Part shown: positions 1-9,085 of the stretch, piece after piece | Position numbering within the stretch: the stretch's first letter is position 1 | Layout of the letters: each line of letters starts with the position of its first letter | NCBI GenBank assembly: GCA_017458545.1 | Contig: JAFTBA010000278.1 | Span: 1 to 24,625 of the forward strand | Source of the DNA: Synergistaceae bacterium | Lineage (GTDB): Bacteria; Synergistota; Synergistia; Synergistales; Aminobacteriaceae | Reading direction: 5' to 3' | Length of the DNA stretch: 24,625 nt | Notes under the pieces: generated by a model | The model's database searches: none | Told to the model about the DNA's origin: nothing | The model's input: only the letters and a program-made list of their open reading frames with translations | Translations under genes and position numbers: made by a program

Positions 1-520
1 ACTCGCTACTCTCGGAGTAACCATTCCCAATTTCGTGATAGCTTCGGCATTAGTCTACATATTCGCCTGGCATTTGGGCTGGGTAACAGTAGGTTTCTGG
101 GACGGAATTTCAACAGCCGTTCTCCCTGCTGTAACTCTCGGTCTTTACCCTGCAGCCTTCATCTCAAGGCTAGTCCGTTCTGGAATGCTCGAAGTATTAG
201 GGCAGGATTATATCAGGACTGCTTACGCTAAGGGATTGAGTGAGCGTTCAGTGATATACATTCACGCACTCAAGAACGCAGTTATTCCTGTTTTGACGTA
301 CTTAGGGCCTTTAACAGCAGGGATATTAACGGGAAGTTTCGTCATCGAACAGGTATATGGAGTTCCCGGATTGGGTACGTTCTTCGTAACAAGCATAACT
401 AACAGGGATTACACAACAATAATGGGTATAACTATTTTTTACAGCGCAATACTCGTGGCATTCAATATGATTACGGATATATGCCTGTCGTTTGTTGACC
501 CCCGTATAAAACTGAGGTGA
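1..520 (+). CDS. oppB: Oligopeptide ABC transporter permease OppB (5' truncated by the window edge)
   Basis: Frame is open from position 2 (LATLGVTIPNFVIA...). EAA motif region RLVRSGMLEVLGQDYIRTAYAKGL, GSFVIEQVYGVPGLG, and C-terminal DPRIK. Confidence 0.93.
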   Translation, partial: LATLGVTIPNFVIASALVYIFAWHLGWVTVGFWDGISTAVLPAVTLGLYPAAFISRLVRSGMLEVLGQDYIRTAYAKGLSERSVIYIHALKNAVIPVLTYLGPLTAGILTGSFVIEQVYGVPGLGTFFVTSITNRDYTTIMGITIFYSAILVAFNMITDICLSFVDPRIKLR

Positions 521-526
521 TTTAAC

Positions 527-1441
527 ATGAACTATAACCCTGAAGATTTCTTACCCCTCACTCCGGAAGAAAAATCTTCCGCTGAAATCATGAGGCCGTC
601 AAAAACTTATTGGGCTGATGTCTGGTCAAGACTCAAAACTGACAGGCTCGCTGTAATCGGTCTCATCACTATAACAGTAATAATGTTACTGGCAGTTTTC
701 GCACCTATGTTATCGCGTTATGCCTATGATGAGATGGACTTCAATTTCAGCAATGACCCTCCTGGTTTCACACACTGGTTCGGGTGCGACAGGCTCGGAA
801 GAGATCTGTTCGTCCGAGTTATGTACGGCGCAAGAATCTCATTAGCCGTAGGATTCTTAGCGAGTTTCATTGAGCTTTTTATAGGAGTGATTTACGGGGG
901 CATTTCGGGCTTCAAAGGCGGTAAAGTTGATGACGTTATGATGAGAATTGTTGACGTAATTTACAGTGTACCTGCGATGATTTATGTAATTCTCTTAATG
1001 GTCGTTGTAGGGCCGGGATTAAAGAGTATTTTCATAACGCTCGGTATCTCCTACTGGGCACCTATGGCAAGAATGGTACGCGCTGAAGTAATGAGACTCA
1101 AAAATGAGGAGTTCGTCATTGCCGCTCGTGTAACAGGTGCTTCATCAGCAAGAATATTATTCCGTCACATTATCCCTAACGCTATGGGAGCAGTCCTCGT
1201 AACTTTAACGTTCTCAGTACCGGGCGCAATATTCACTGAGGCGTTTCTGTCGTTCGTCGGACTCGGAGTCAATGCTCCTATGGCAAGCTGGGGAGTGTTG
1301 AGCAGTGATGCTGTCGAGGCGTTAGCGGTTTACCCCTATCAATTATTCTTCCCTGCTGCCGCAATCTCAATAACTATACTTGCGTTTAATTTTCTGGGTG
1401 ACGGACTCAGGGACGCTCTAGACCCTAAACTCAGGAAGTGA
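527..1441 (+). CDS. oppC: Oligopeptide ABC transporter permease OppC
   Basis: HWFGCDRLGRDLFVRVMYGARISL, EEFVIAARVTGAS, FNFLGDGLRDALDPK are typical OppC/DppC motifs. Confidence 0.93.
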   Translation: MNYNPEDFLPLTPEEKSSAEIMRPSKTYWADVWSRLKTDRLAVIGLITITVIMLLAVFAPMLSRYAYDEMDFNFSNDPPGFTHWFGCDRLGRDLFVRVMYGARISLAVGFLASFIELFIGVIYGGISGFKGGKVDDVMMRIVDVIYSVPAMIYVILLMVVVGPGLKSIFITLGISYWAPMARMVRAEVMRLKNEEFVIAARVTGASSARILFRHIIPNAMGAVLVTLTFSVPGAIFTEAFLSFVGLGVNAPMASWGVLSSDAVEALAVYPYQLFFPAAAISITILAFNFLGDGLRDALDPKLRK

Positions 1442-1446
1442 TTAAC

Positions 1447-2406
1447 ATGATGAATGACGAGATTTTAAGAGTCGAGAACCTTCACATAACGTTCACTACT
1501 TCAGCAGGTGAAGTGAAAGCGTTGAACGGCGTATCGTTCGGAGTTAAACGCGGCGAAGTCTTAGGGATAGCAGGTGAGTCCGGAAGCGGTAAGAGTACTG
1601 CTATGCTCTCAGTAATGGGATTAACGGGTGAATACGGACATGTTCACGCTGACAAAATGACATTCATGGGTGAGGAGCTTACCCCCGAAAGAGTGAAAGT
1701 ACTTCGCGGAAAAAACATCTCAATGATATTCCAGGACCCTATGACCAGTCTTAACCCTGTGTTATCAGTAGGTTACCAGCTTGAAGAGGCGTTAAAGCGT
1801 CATCACTGGGAAGGCAGCATCAGGGAAAGAGTGATTGATATTTTGACGAAGGTCGGTATTGTTCCTGCCGAACAGAGAATGAGAGATTACCCTCACGAGT
1901 TCAGCGGAGGACAAAGACAGAGAATCATGACGGCCATGTCTATTGCCTGTAACCCTGAGCTGTTAATCGCCGATGAACCTACTACAGCACTCGATGTTAC
2001 GGTTCAGGCTCAAATCCTAAAGTTGTTACGAGAACTCCGCAGCTCTTCGGGAATGTCAATGATACTGATAACTCATGACTTGGGAGTCATAGCAGGTGAG
2101 GCTGACAGGGTCATAGTGATGTACGGAGGCAAAATAATGGAGGAAGGAACAGTGCGCGAAATCTTCAATGAGGCTCATCACCCTTACACTGTTGGACTGC
2201 TGCGTTCAGTTCCTAAAGCTGACGGTTCACACGAACGCTTAATCCCTATTGAGGGTCAGCCTCCGGATTTGCTTAACCCTCCGAAAGGCTGCCCGTTCGT
2301 TAAAAGATGTCCTAAAGCCATGAAAATTTGTCTCAGTCAACAGCCTGAACCCTCAACGCTCAGTGAGACTCATAAATATTCCTGCTGGTTAGGAGTGAAA
2401 AACTAA
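1447..2406 (+). CDS. oppD: Oligopeptide ABC ATP-binding protein OppD
   Basis: Walker A GESGSGKS, signature FSGGQ, Walker B LIADEPT, C-terminal Cys-rich oligo_HPY region. ATG 1447 preferred over GTG 1438 from spacing to AGGAAG. Confidence 0.92.
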   Translation: MMNDEILRVENLHITFTTSAGEVKALNGVSFGVKRGEVLGIAGESGSGKSTAMLSVMGLTGEYGHVHADKMTFMGEELTPERVKVLRGKNISMIFQDPMTSLNPVLSVGYQLEEALKRHHWEGSIRERVIDILTKVGIVPAEQRMRDYPHEFSGGQRQRIMTAMSIACNPELLIADEPTTALDVTVQAQILKLLRELRSSSGMSMILITHDLGVIAGEADRVIVMYGGKIMEEGTVREIFNEAHHPYTVGLLRSVPKADGSHERLIPIEGQPPDLLNPPKGCPFVKRCPKAMKICLSQQPEPSTLSETHKYSCWLGVKN

Positions 2407-3342
2407 ATGCTTGAAGTAACGGACTTGACTAAATATTTTGAGACACCTTCGGGTAAACTTCATGCCTGTGAAGGTGTAAGCCTCAATATCAATAAGGGTG
2501 AGACACTCGGACTTGTCGGCGAGTCTGGCTGCGGTAAAACTACTACAGGCCGAACGATAATCAGACTCTATGAACCCGATGAAGGCCGTATAATTTTTGA
2601 CGGCCATGACATAACCCACATCACTCAACACGAAATGCTCCCGTTCAGGAAAAAAATGCAGATGATATTTCAGGACCCTTACGCCTCATTAAACCCCAGA
2701 ATGACGGCAGGCGATATTATCCGCGAACCTATGATAATTCACCGCCTCCCTAAAGACGAACATACTGACCGCGTTAATCACCTGCTTAAACTCGTAGGGC
2801 TTAATTCCGAACAGGCAGGGCGTTACCCTCATGAGTTCAGCGGAGGCCAGAGACAGCGAATCGGTATAGCCCGTGCTTTAGCTGCTGAACCTGAGATGAT
2901 TATCTGCGATGAACCGATTTCGGCATTAGACGTTTCGATTCAGGCTCAAATCGTCAATATACTTGAGGACTTGCAGAAATCTTTAGGACTGACTTACCTG
3001 TTTGTTGCTCATGACCTCTCAATGGTCAGGCACATAAGCACCCGTGTAGCAGTCATGTATCTGGGAAACATCGTTGAAACAGCTGAGAGCGATGAACTGT
3101 ATACACACCCACTTCACCCGTATACTGTCTCACTGCTTTCGTCAGTTCCGATTCCTGACCCTGATAAATCTGCGGCGAGGCAGATAATTCCGTTGAAGGG
3201 CGAAATTCCCAGCGCAGTTAATCCGCCCAAAGGGTGCAAGTTCCATACCAGATGCCCTAATGCTAAACCCGAATGTTCATCGTTAAAGCCTGAACTTGAG
3301 GACAAAGGCAGTAATCATTTCTGTGCCTGTCCGTTCGTATAA
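2407..3342 (+). CDS. oppF: Oligopeptide ABC ATP-binding protein OppF
   Basis: GESGCGKT, FQDPYASLNPRM, FSGGQRQRIGIARAL, DEPISALD, PLHPYT, Cys-rich C-terminus. Confidence 0.92.
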   Translation: MLEVTDLTKYFETPSGKLHACEGVSLNINKGETLGLVGESGCGKTTTGRTIIRLYEPDEGRIIFDGHDITHITQHEMLPFRKKMQMIFQDPYASLNPRMTAGDIIREPMIIHRLPKDEHTDRVNHLLKLVGLNSEQAGRYPHEFSGGQRQRIGIARALAAEPEMIICDEPISALDVSIQAQIVNILEDLQKSLGLTYLFVAHDLSMVRHISTRVAVMYLGNIVETAESDELYTHPLHPYTVSLLSSVPIPDPDKSAARQIIPLKGEIPSAVNPPKGCKFHTRCPNAKPECSSLKPELEDKGSNHFCACPFV

Positions 3343-3359
3343 AGGAGTAGTGAAAAATT

Positions 3360-4952
3360 ATGAGGAGAATTTTTACGGCATTAATCATAATGTTAATTGC
3401 CGTTTCAATATCGAATGCTGAGGATAAAGAAATAGTTTACGACTTAGGGATTGACCCTCAGACTATAGACCCTGCTGTTAATCACGCGCTTGACGGAGCG
3501 ATAGTTGACTACAATCTTTTTGAGGGTCTTCTGCGTACGGGTTTCAACAATGAGCCTGAAGCAGCATGTGCAGAGTCATGGGATGTTTCATCGGACGGAT
3601 TGAAATGGACATTTCATCTGCGCGATAATCTTAAATGGTCGGACGGTAAAACGTTAACAGCATCACATTTCAGGGACGGAATATTGAGGCTTGTTGACCC
3701 TAAAACAGGAGCTCCTTATGCTGATTTAGGTTTCTTCATCAGGAATGCCGAATCATTCTACAACGGCAAGGCAAAACGTGATGATGTCGGTATCTCAGCA
3801 CCTGATGACAGGACTCTGATTATTGAGCTTGAACGTTTTAACCCGTTAATGCTTTACTACATGACATTTCCTTCGTTTTTCCCTGCAAGAATGGATATTG
3901 TCAACGCTAATCCCAGAACATGGGCTGCTAAACCTGAGACGTTAATCTCTAACGGCCCGTTCAAACTTGAGAAATGGACTCACGGTTCAGGCGGTGAAAT
4001 TGCAATCGTCAAAAATCCTGAATACTGGGACGCTGAGAACATCAAAATTAACAGGGTAAGACTCGTTCTTATTGAGAACGGTAACACTGCATATGCTGCG
4101 TTCAAGGGAGGCTATATAGATTACATGACGAGTATACCTTCATTAATGAAGCCTTTGCTGATTAAGAGGGGTGAGGCTGAAGTAGTACCTTCATTCTCAA
4201 TAGCATTCTGTGATTTTAATGTTACCCGTAAACCTTTTGATGATGCAAGAGTTAGACGTGCGTTTGCGTTTGCAATAGACAGGAAAGTATTAACCGACAA
4301 AATAATTTTGGGAGGCCACCTGCCTGCAACAGGGTTAATATGTCCGTTAATACCCGGCAGGACTGACTTTGAGGATTTCAGGACTGAGGGAGGGGAATTG
4401 ATTCCTGCGAGGGCAGATGTTGAGGAAGCGAGGAGGCTTTTAGCTGAGGCAGGTTATCCCGAAGGCAAAGGATTTCCTAAAGTAACGTATAAATATTCGA
4501 CAAGCAAGGGCGGAAAGATGGTAGCAGAAGTTTTGCAGGGAATGTGGAAGACAGCATTAGGAGTGAAGGTTGAATTATACAGTGAGGAGTGGAAAGTATT
4601 TTTGACGACGAGGAAGAAGGGAGATTTTGACATAGCGATTTCAGGTTGGGCAATGGATTTTCCAGATGCAGCAGGATTATTTGAGGCATTCATCACGAAC
4701 GCTGCGAACAATCACACAAGATACAGCAATCCTGAACTTGACGGCATAATGAGGAAGTCATCAGTTGAGAGGGACAGGGTTAAACGCATAAATTATCTTC
4801 ATGAGGCCGAGAAAATTTTGGTGAAAGATATGCCGTTAATACCGTTGTATTTTGCTTCAACGGCAGTAATGCAGAGCAAGAGAGTTAAAGGGATATATTA
4901 TGTGCCTATGGGGTATGTGCTGTTCAGGGGAGCGGAAGTTTTGACGGAATGA
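3360..4952 (+). CDS. oppA: Oligopeptide ABC substrate-binding protein (family 5) with signal peptide
   Basis: AAGGAG RBS, hydrophobic signal, NLFEGLL, AESWDVSSDGLKWTFHLRDNLKWSDG, NGPFKL, DMPLIPLY. Confidence 0.9.
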   Translation: MRRIFTALIIMLIAVSISNAEDKEIVYDLGIDPQTIDPAVNHALDGAIVDYNLFEGLLRTGFNNEPEAACAESWDVSSDGLKWTFHLRDNLKWSDGKTLTASHFRDGILRLVDPKTGAPYADLGFFIRNAESFYNGKAKRDDVGISAPDDRTLIIELERFNPLMLYYMTFPSFFPARMDIVNANPRTWAAKPETLISNGPFKLEKWTHGSGGEIAIVKNPEYWDAENIKINRVRLVLIENGNTAYAAFKGGYIDYMTSIPSLMKPLLIKRGEAEVVPSFSIAFCDFNVTRKPFDDARVRRAFAFAIDRKVLTDKIILGGHLPATGLICPLIPGRTDFEDFRTEGGELIPARADVEEARRLLAEAGYPEGKGFPKVTYKYSTSKGGKMVAEVLQGMWKTALGVKVELYSEEWKVFLTTRKKGDFDIAISGWAMDFPDAAGLFEAFITNAANNHTRYSNPELDGIMRKSSVERDRVKRINYLHEAEKILVKDMPLIPLYFASTAVMQSKRVKGIYYVPMGYVLFRGAEVLTE

Positions 4953-5001
4953 TGTAATATACTCAGGTATTCATTTTTTTTGAGGAGATGGGCATTCGAC
5001 A

Positions 5002-5264
5002 TTGGAAGCTGAAAACGTAACGGATAAAAAGGGCTTTGAGTATTTTGCGTTCATAAGCTACAGCCATAAGGATATAAGGATATGGAATGGTATCAGAAAG
5101 CTGCTGCTCAAGGCTATGCCACTGCACAAAATAATATCGGTTATCTATACCTCAATGGTCTCGGTGTCCCCCAAAGCAAAGACAAAGCCATCGAGTACTT
5201 CACTAAAGCCGCCGAGCAAGGCCACAGGGGTGCCAAAACCGAACTGGAAAAGTTATCCCGTTAG
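5002..5264 (+). pseudogene. Remnant of a TIR-domain/Sel1-repeat gene: TIR first strand joined to terminal Sel1-repeat sequence, frameshifted by an 8-bp duplication
   Basis: 5002-5073 encodes ...EYFAFISYSHKD (TIR_2 beta-A motif). 5082-5264 encodes MEWYQKAAAQGYATAQNNIGYLYLNGLGVPQSKDKAIEYFTKAAEQG (Sel1 consensus). Removing one ATAAGGAT copy puts the two parts in frame. Confidence 0.75.
5066..5083 (+). repeat. Tandem 8-bp direct repeat (ATAAGGAT)x2 + AT
   Basis: Read directly: 5066-5073 and 5074-5081 are identical. Confidence 0.95.
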
Positions 5265-5271
5265 TATGCTA

Positions 5272-5299
5272 TGGACATTCGGGGCATTTCTGATAAAAT
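5272..5299 (+). promoter_or_regulatory. Candidate sigma70 promoter for the amino-acid ABC operon
   Basis: TGGACA (5272-5277), 16-nt spacer, TAAAAT (5294-5299) preceded by TG at 5291-5292 (extended -10), about 60 nt upstream of ATG 5362. Confidence 0.5.
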
Positions 5300-5361
5300 T
5301 TTCATGCACTTCAGCGTGTTAAAGCGTTGAAGAAATTTACTTGCAGGAGATGTTAATCCAA

Positions 5362-6129
5362 ATGAAGAAATTATTACTCGTCCTCGCCGTTGTTATGGCT
5401 TTGTGTTCGTGCGCTTTCGCTGAGACAGACTCCGAATACGTCAAGGCTAAAGGCGTTCTCGTCGTCGGCATCACTGACTTCAAGCCTATGGACTACAAAA
5501 ACGAAAAAGGCGAATGGATCGGTTTCGACGCTGATTTGGCTAAGGCTTTCGCTGAGAGTCTCGGCGTTAAAGTCGAGTTTCAGGAAATAGAATGGAACAA
5601 CAAAATTCTCGAACTCGACGGCAAAAATATCGACTGCGTTTGGAACGGTATGACCCTCACTCCCGAAGTCAAATCCGCAATGAGTACTTCTAACCCCTAC
5701 TGCAACAACGCTCAGATTGTCGTTGTCCCTGCCGGCAAAGCTGCTCAGTATGACACTCTAGAAGCCGTAAAAGACCTCACTTTCGCTGTCGAACACGGCA
5801 GTGCCGGTAACGAACAGGCTAAAGCTAACGGCCTCAAATGCGTTGAAGTTCAGGATCAGGCTTCGGCTTTAATGGAAGCTGCTTCAGGTACTGCTGACGG
5901 CGCAATCATAGACTCCCTCATGGCCGCAGCTATGGTCGGTAAAGGCACAGGCTACGAAAACCTCACTTACACCGTCGCACTCAACAGCGAGGAATACGGC
6001 GTTGGTTTCCGCAAAGGCTCGGATTTAACGTTCATGCTTAATGCGTTCTTCGAGACAGGCTACAATGACGGCAGTATCTCTAAACTTGCTGAGATTTACG
6101 GAATACAGGCCGCTTTAATCAAACAGTAA
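5362..6129 (+). CDS. Polar amino-acid ABC transporter substrate-binding protein (family 3)
   Basis: AGGAGA RBS then MKKLLLVLAVV signal peptide (so ATG 5362 rather than TTG 5341). VGITDFKPMDY, IGFDADLA, CVWNGMT, EEYGVGFRK. Confidence 0.9.
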   Translation: MKKLLLVLAVVMALCSCAFAETDSEYVKAKGVLVVGITDFKPMDYKNEKGEWIGFDADLAKAFAESLGVKVEFQEIEWNNKILELDGKNIDCVWNGMTLTPEVKSAMSTSNPYCNNAQIVVVPAGKAAQYDTLEAVKDLTFAVEHGSAGNEQAKANGLKCVEVQDQASALMEAASGTADGAIIDSLMAAAMVGKGTGYENLTYTVALNSEEYGVGFRKGSDLTFMLNAFFETGYNDGSISKLAEIYGIQAALIKQ

Positions 6130-6136
6130 CTTCAAC

Positions 6137-6823
6137 ATGGAAACTTTCATCGAACAGCTCCCGGTAGTAATCGGCGCATTAAATACGGGTTTCATTCAAA
6201 CTCTGAAACTCTTTTCGCTGACACTGCTGGGGGCTTTCCCTTTAGGGTTAATCATAGCGTTCGGCTCACTCTCCAAAATTAAAGCCATAAGCCTTACTAC
6301 ATCATTCATAATCTGGATAATCAGAGGCACTCCGTTAATGATTCAATTATTGATTGTCTACTATTTTCCGGGCTTAGTGCTTCACAATCCTATTTGGGGC
6401 GGTGGAGAGTCGGGAAGATTCTTAGCGGCAACGATTGCCTTCATCATTAATTATGCTTGCTACTTCTCTGAAATTTACAGGGGCGGTATTCAGAGCGTTC
6501 CAGTAGGACAAACTGAGGCAGGTTTAGTTTTGGGAATGACGAAGAGACAAATATTTTTTCACGTAACATTGCTGCAGATGATAAAGCGTATCGTTCCGCC
6601 TATCTCTAACGAAATCATAACGCTCGTTAAAGATACTGCACTCGCAAGAATAATTGCCCTTCAGGAAATCATTTGGGCAGGTCAGGCGTTCATGAAAGGT
6701 TCGCACGGTATATCAGGTGCTATTTGGCCGCTATTCTTCACGGCTGTGTATTACCTCGTGTTTAACGGTATCGTTACCGTACTGCTGGCTAAGTTTGAAC
6801 GCAGACTAAATTATTTCCGTTAA
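6137..6823 (+). CDS. Polar amino-acid ABC transporter permease (HisM/GlnP family)
   Basis: IRGTPLMIQL, YFSEIYRGGIQSVPVGQTEAGLVLGM, NEIITLVKDT. Confidence 0.92.
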   Translation: METFIEQLPVVIGALNTGFIQTLKLFSLTLLGAFPLGLIIAFGSLSKIKAISLTTSFIIWIIRGTPLMIQLLIVYYFPGLVLHNPIWGGGESGRFLAATIAFIINYACYFSEIYRGGIQSVPVGQTEAGLVLGMTKRQIFFHVTLLQMIKRIVPPISNEIITLVKDTALARIIALQEIIWAGQAFMKGSHGISGAIWPLFFTAVYYLVFNGIVTVLLAKFERRLNYFR

Positions 6824-6840
6824 GGGAGGAGAGATTTAAT

Positions 6841-7614
6841 ATGCCAATTCTTGAGGTTAAAAACCTGCGTAAGTCTTTCGGGAATGTTGAAGTCCTCAAA
6901 GGAATTGATTTCACTCTCGAAAAAGGTGAGGCTCTCTCAATCATAGGCTCTTCGGGCAGCGGTAAAACTACTCTTTTACGGTGTCTGAATTTCCTTGAAC
7001 GTCCCGATAACGGCAGTATCATTGTGAACGGTGAAACTTTGCTCGACTGTTCAGACCCTTCAACACTCAGTGATAGTCAGATTCGCAAGAAGAGACTTCA
7101 TTTCGGGTTAGTATTCCAGTCGTTTAACCTTTTCCCTCAGTACACTGCTATACAAAACGTAGTGCTCGCACCGAAACTCCTCGCTAAGGAAAATCATACT
7201 TGGGAAAAAATTAAGTATGATTTGTATGATGAAGCCTTTGACATTTTCAAGGAAATCGGATTAACAGCAAGAAAAGATAATTACCCCCATCAGCTTTCGG
7301 GTGGCCAGCAGCAGAGAGTAGCTATAGCAAGAGCGTTAATCATGCACCCTGATATTCTGTGCTTCGATGAACCCACAAGTGCTTTAGACCCCGAATTAAC
7401 GGGAGAAGTCCTAAAGGTAATACGCGAACTCTCAGTGCAGAAAACTACTATGATTATCGTAACTCATGAGATGGAATTTGCCAGAGACGTTGCCAATCAC
7501 GTCATATTCATGGACAACGGGGTAATCTGCGAACAGGGTAATCCCCTGGAAGTTTTCAACAATCCAAAAGAAGAAAGAACTAAACAGTTCCTTTCACGTT
7601 ACAGCCATAAGTAA
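6841..7614 (+). CDS. Polar amino-acid ABC ATP-binding protein (GlnQ-like)
   Basis: GSSGSGKT, LSGGQQQRVAIARAL, FDEPTSALDPEL, VTHEMEFA. Confidence 0.92.
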   Translation: MPILEVKNLRKSFGNVEVLKGIDFTLEKGEALSIIGSSGSGKTTLLRCLNFLERPDNGSIIVNGETLLDCSDPSTLSDSQIRKKRLHFGLVFQSFNLFPQYTAIQNVVLAPKLLAKENHTWEKIKYDLYDEAFDIFKEIGLTARKDNYPHQLSGGQQQRVAIARALIMHPDILCFDEPTSALDPELTGEVLKVIRELSVQKTTMIIVTHEMEFARDVANHVIFMDNGVICEQGNPLEVFNNPKEERTKQFLSRYSHK

Positions 7615-7628
7615 AAGAAAAATATAAT

Positions 7629-7661
7629 AAGAGGCTTGCAGAAAATTGCAGGTCTCTTTTT
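7629..7661 (+). terminator. Intrinsic terminator between convergent operons (possibly bidirectional)
   Basis: AAGAGGCTTGCA-GAAAAT-TGCAGGTCTCTT forms a 12-bp stem with two G-U pairs and runs into a T tract. It sits between two convergent stop codons. Confidence 0.7.
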
Positions 7662-8370
7662 ATCTCGACGAATAACGTAAAGGTAATTCCAAACCGTTAG
7701 CCTCAAGCAGTGATTCATCAGTGAAAAGTTCAGGCAACAAACCCTCAGCTGACACTACACCCTCGTTGAGTATCACAGCCCGTTCGCAAACATCAACAGC
7801 CATATCCAAGTCATGAGTAGCAAGCAATATAGTTCTCTTTGTTCCACGCAGAAAATTTATTACCCTCCTTCGCGCTTTAGGGTCTAATCCTGCACTAGGC
7901 TCATCAAGTACTAAAAGATCTGGTTCGGACGCTAATACCCCTGCAAATGTTACTATCCTCTTCTCACCTCCTGAAAGCCTGTGAGCCAGTCTGTCGGCAA
8001 GATGTTCAATCCCTAAATCAGAAAGTATTTTTTGAGCATGTTCACGGGCTGATAATACATTCATTCCTGAAGCAACAAAGCTAAATGATACATCCTCAAT
8101 CACCGTTGGCATCAGTATCTCATCATCCGCATTCTGGAACGTTAAGCCTACATTTTCGCGCAAGACCTCAGAGCCTTCACGACCACCGAAAATTATTCTG
8201 CCCTCCTGTACCTCTACTGCTCCTGCAATGTGCAACAGCAGCGTCGATTTACCTGAACCGTTAGCTCCTACAAGCGCAGTTTTCTCACCGTCTTTAACTC
8301 TGAGATTAACTCCCCTTAATGCCTCATGGCCGTCAGGATATTTATAGTGCAGGTCGATTACTTCAAGCAT
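7660..8370 (-). CDS. cbiO: ECF-type Co/Ni transporter ATPase (CbiO/NikO)
   Basis: GANGSGKS, FQNADD, LSGGEKR, LDEPSAGLDP, ATHDLD; follows CbiQ/CbiM homologs. Confidence 0.88.
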   Translation of the reverse strand: MLEVIDLHYKYPDGHEALRGVNLRVKDGEKTALVGANGSGKSTLLLHIAGAVEVQEGRIIFGGREGSEVLRENVGLTFQNADDEILMPTVIEDVSFSFVASGMNVLSAREHAQKILSDLGIEHLADRLAHRLSGGEKRIVTFAGVLASEPDLLVLDEPSAGLDPKARRRVINFLRGTKRTILLATHDLDMAVDVCERAVILNEGVVSAEGLLPELFTDESLLEANGLELPLRYSSR

Positions 8371-9085
8371 TATTCAGCAACACTATTCCCAAAACGTAAA
8401 ACGCATATCCAGTCATCATAACTATATCCCTGAGATTAAAACCGTCATTTTCAGACTGCTTGAAACCTCCGAAACCTCCACGGCATTTAACCGCCCTCAT
8501 AATATTCTCTGAACGTTCAGATGTCTGAAGCAGTATGTTCCCAATCATATACGCAAAAACTTTAAGCCTCATCATTCCGCTAAGTTCAGGGGCTCTGAGC
8601 TTCACTGAAGTTATTGATGAACTGTAACGCTCACTCAAAGTGTAAATCCCTCTCAGTGTCAGTATCACTAGTACACGCAATTTCATCGGAACGTTCAGCA
8701 CACACAATGCCTCATACATTCCTGCAGTCCCTAAAGGATATATCATTACACCGAACGCAACACATATCATGTTCACTCTCAGTGCTATAACCGCTCCCAT
8801 AACAAGACCGTCAATAAATATCGGCCAAGTCATAGCAAGTGTAAAAATCATTATGATGTTGACGATGTTTATTTTGACGAGGTGAGACAGCTTAAACCGT
8901 TTCGTCAATATAAACGTCAGCGGCATTAATAACGCTGTAAACAGTGCTGCTATTGAAGTGCTTATTGAAACCGCCAGCGCATAACTCAATGCACTCACAA
9001 GTACAACGGCAGGTGAGTTAGAGTTGGTGCTGTTGATGACGAGGGATTGACGCGGAAATTCAAGGGTATATATTCCTTTTGTCAT
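8363..9085 (-). CDS. cbiQ: ECF transmembrane T component (CbiQ/NikQ), divergent
   Basis: Multi-TM N-terminal half, TLRG and KCRGGF Arg motifs of T components, position between cbiM and cbiO. Confidence 0.75.
   Translation of the reverse strand: MTKGIYTLEFPRQSLVINSTNSNSPAVVLVSALSYALAVSISTSIAALFTALLMPLTFILTKRFKLSHLVKINIVNIIMIFTLAMTWPIFIDGLVMGAVIALRVNMICVAFGVMIYPLGTAGMYEALCVLNVPMKLRVLVILTLRGIYTLSERYSSSITSVKLRAPELSGMMRLKVFAYMIGNILLQTSERSENIMRAVKCRGGFGGFKQSENDGFNLRDIVMMTGYAFYVLGIVLLNNA

Noticed and set aside
2280-3342. Cys-rich C-termini of OppD and OppF as a novel metal site
   Set aside because: This is the known C-terminal oligo_HPY extension of peptide ABC ATPases.
4953-5001. Terminator after oppA (T8 at 4974-4981)
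   Set aside because: Only a 4-bp ATAC/GTAT stem precedes the T run, too weak to call.
5002-5322. 106-aa ORF as a real protein
   Set aside because: Only the first 24 codons are TIR-like. The rest is out-of-frame read-through over the Sel1 coding sequence and the downstream promoter.
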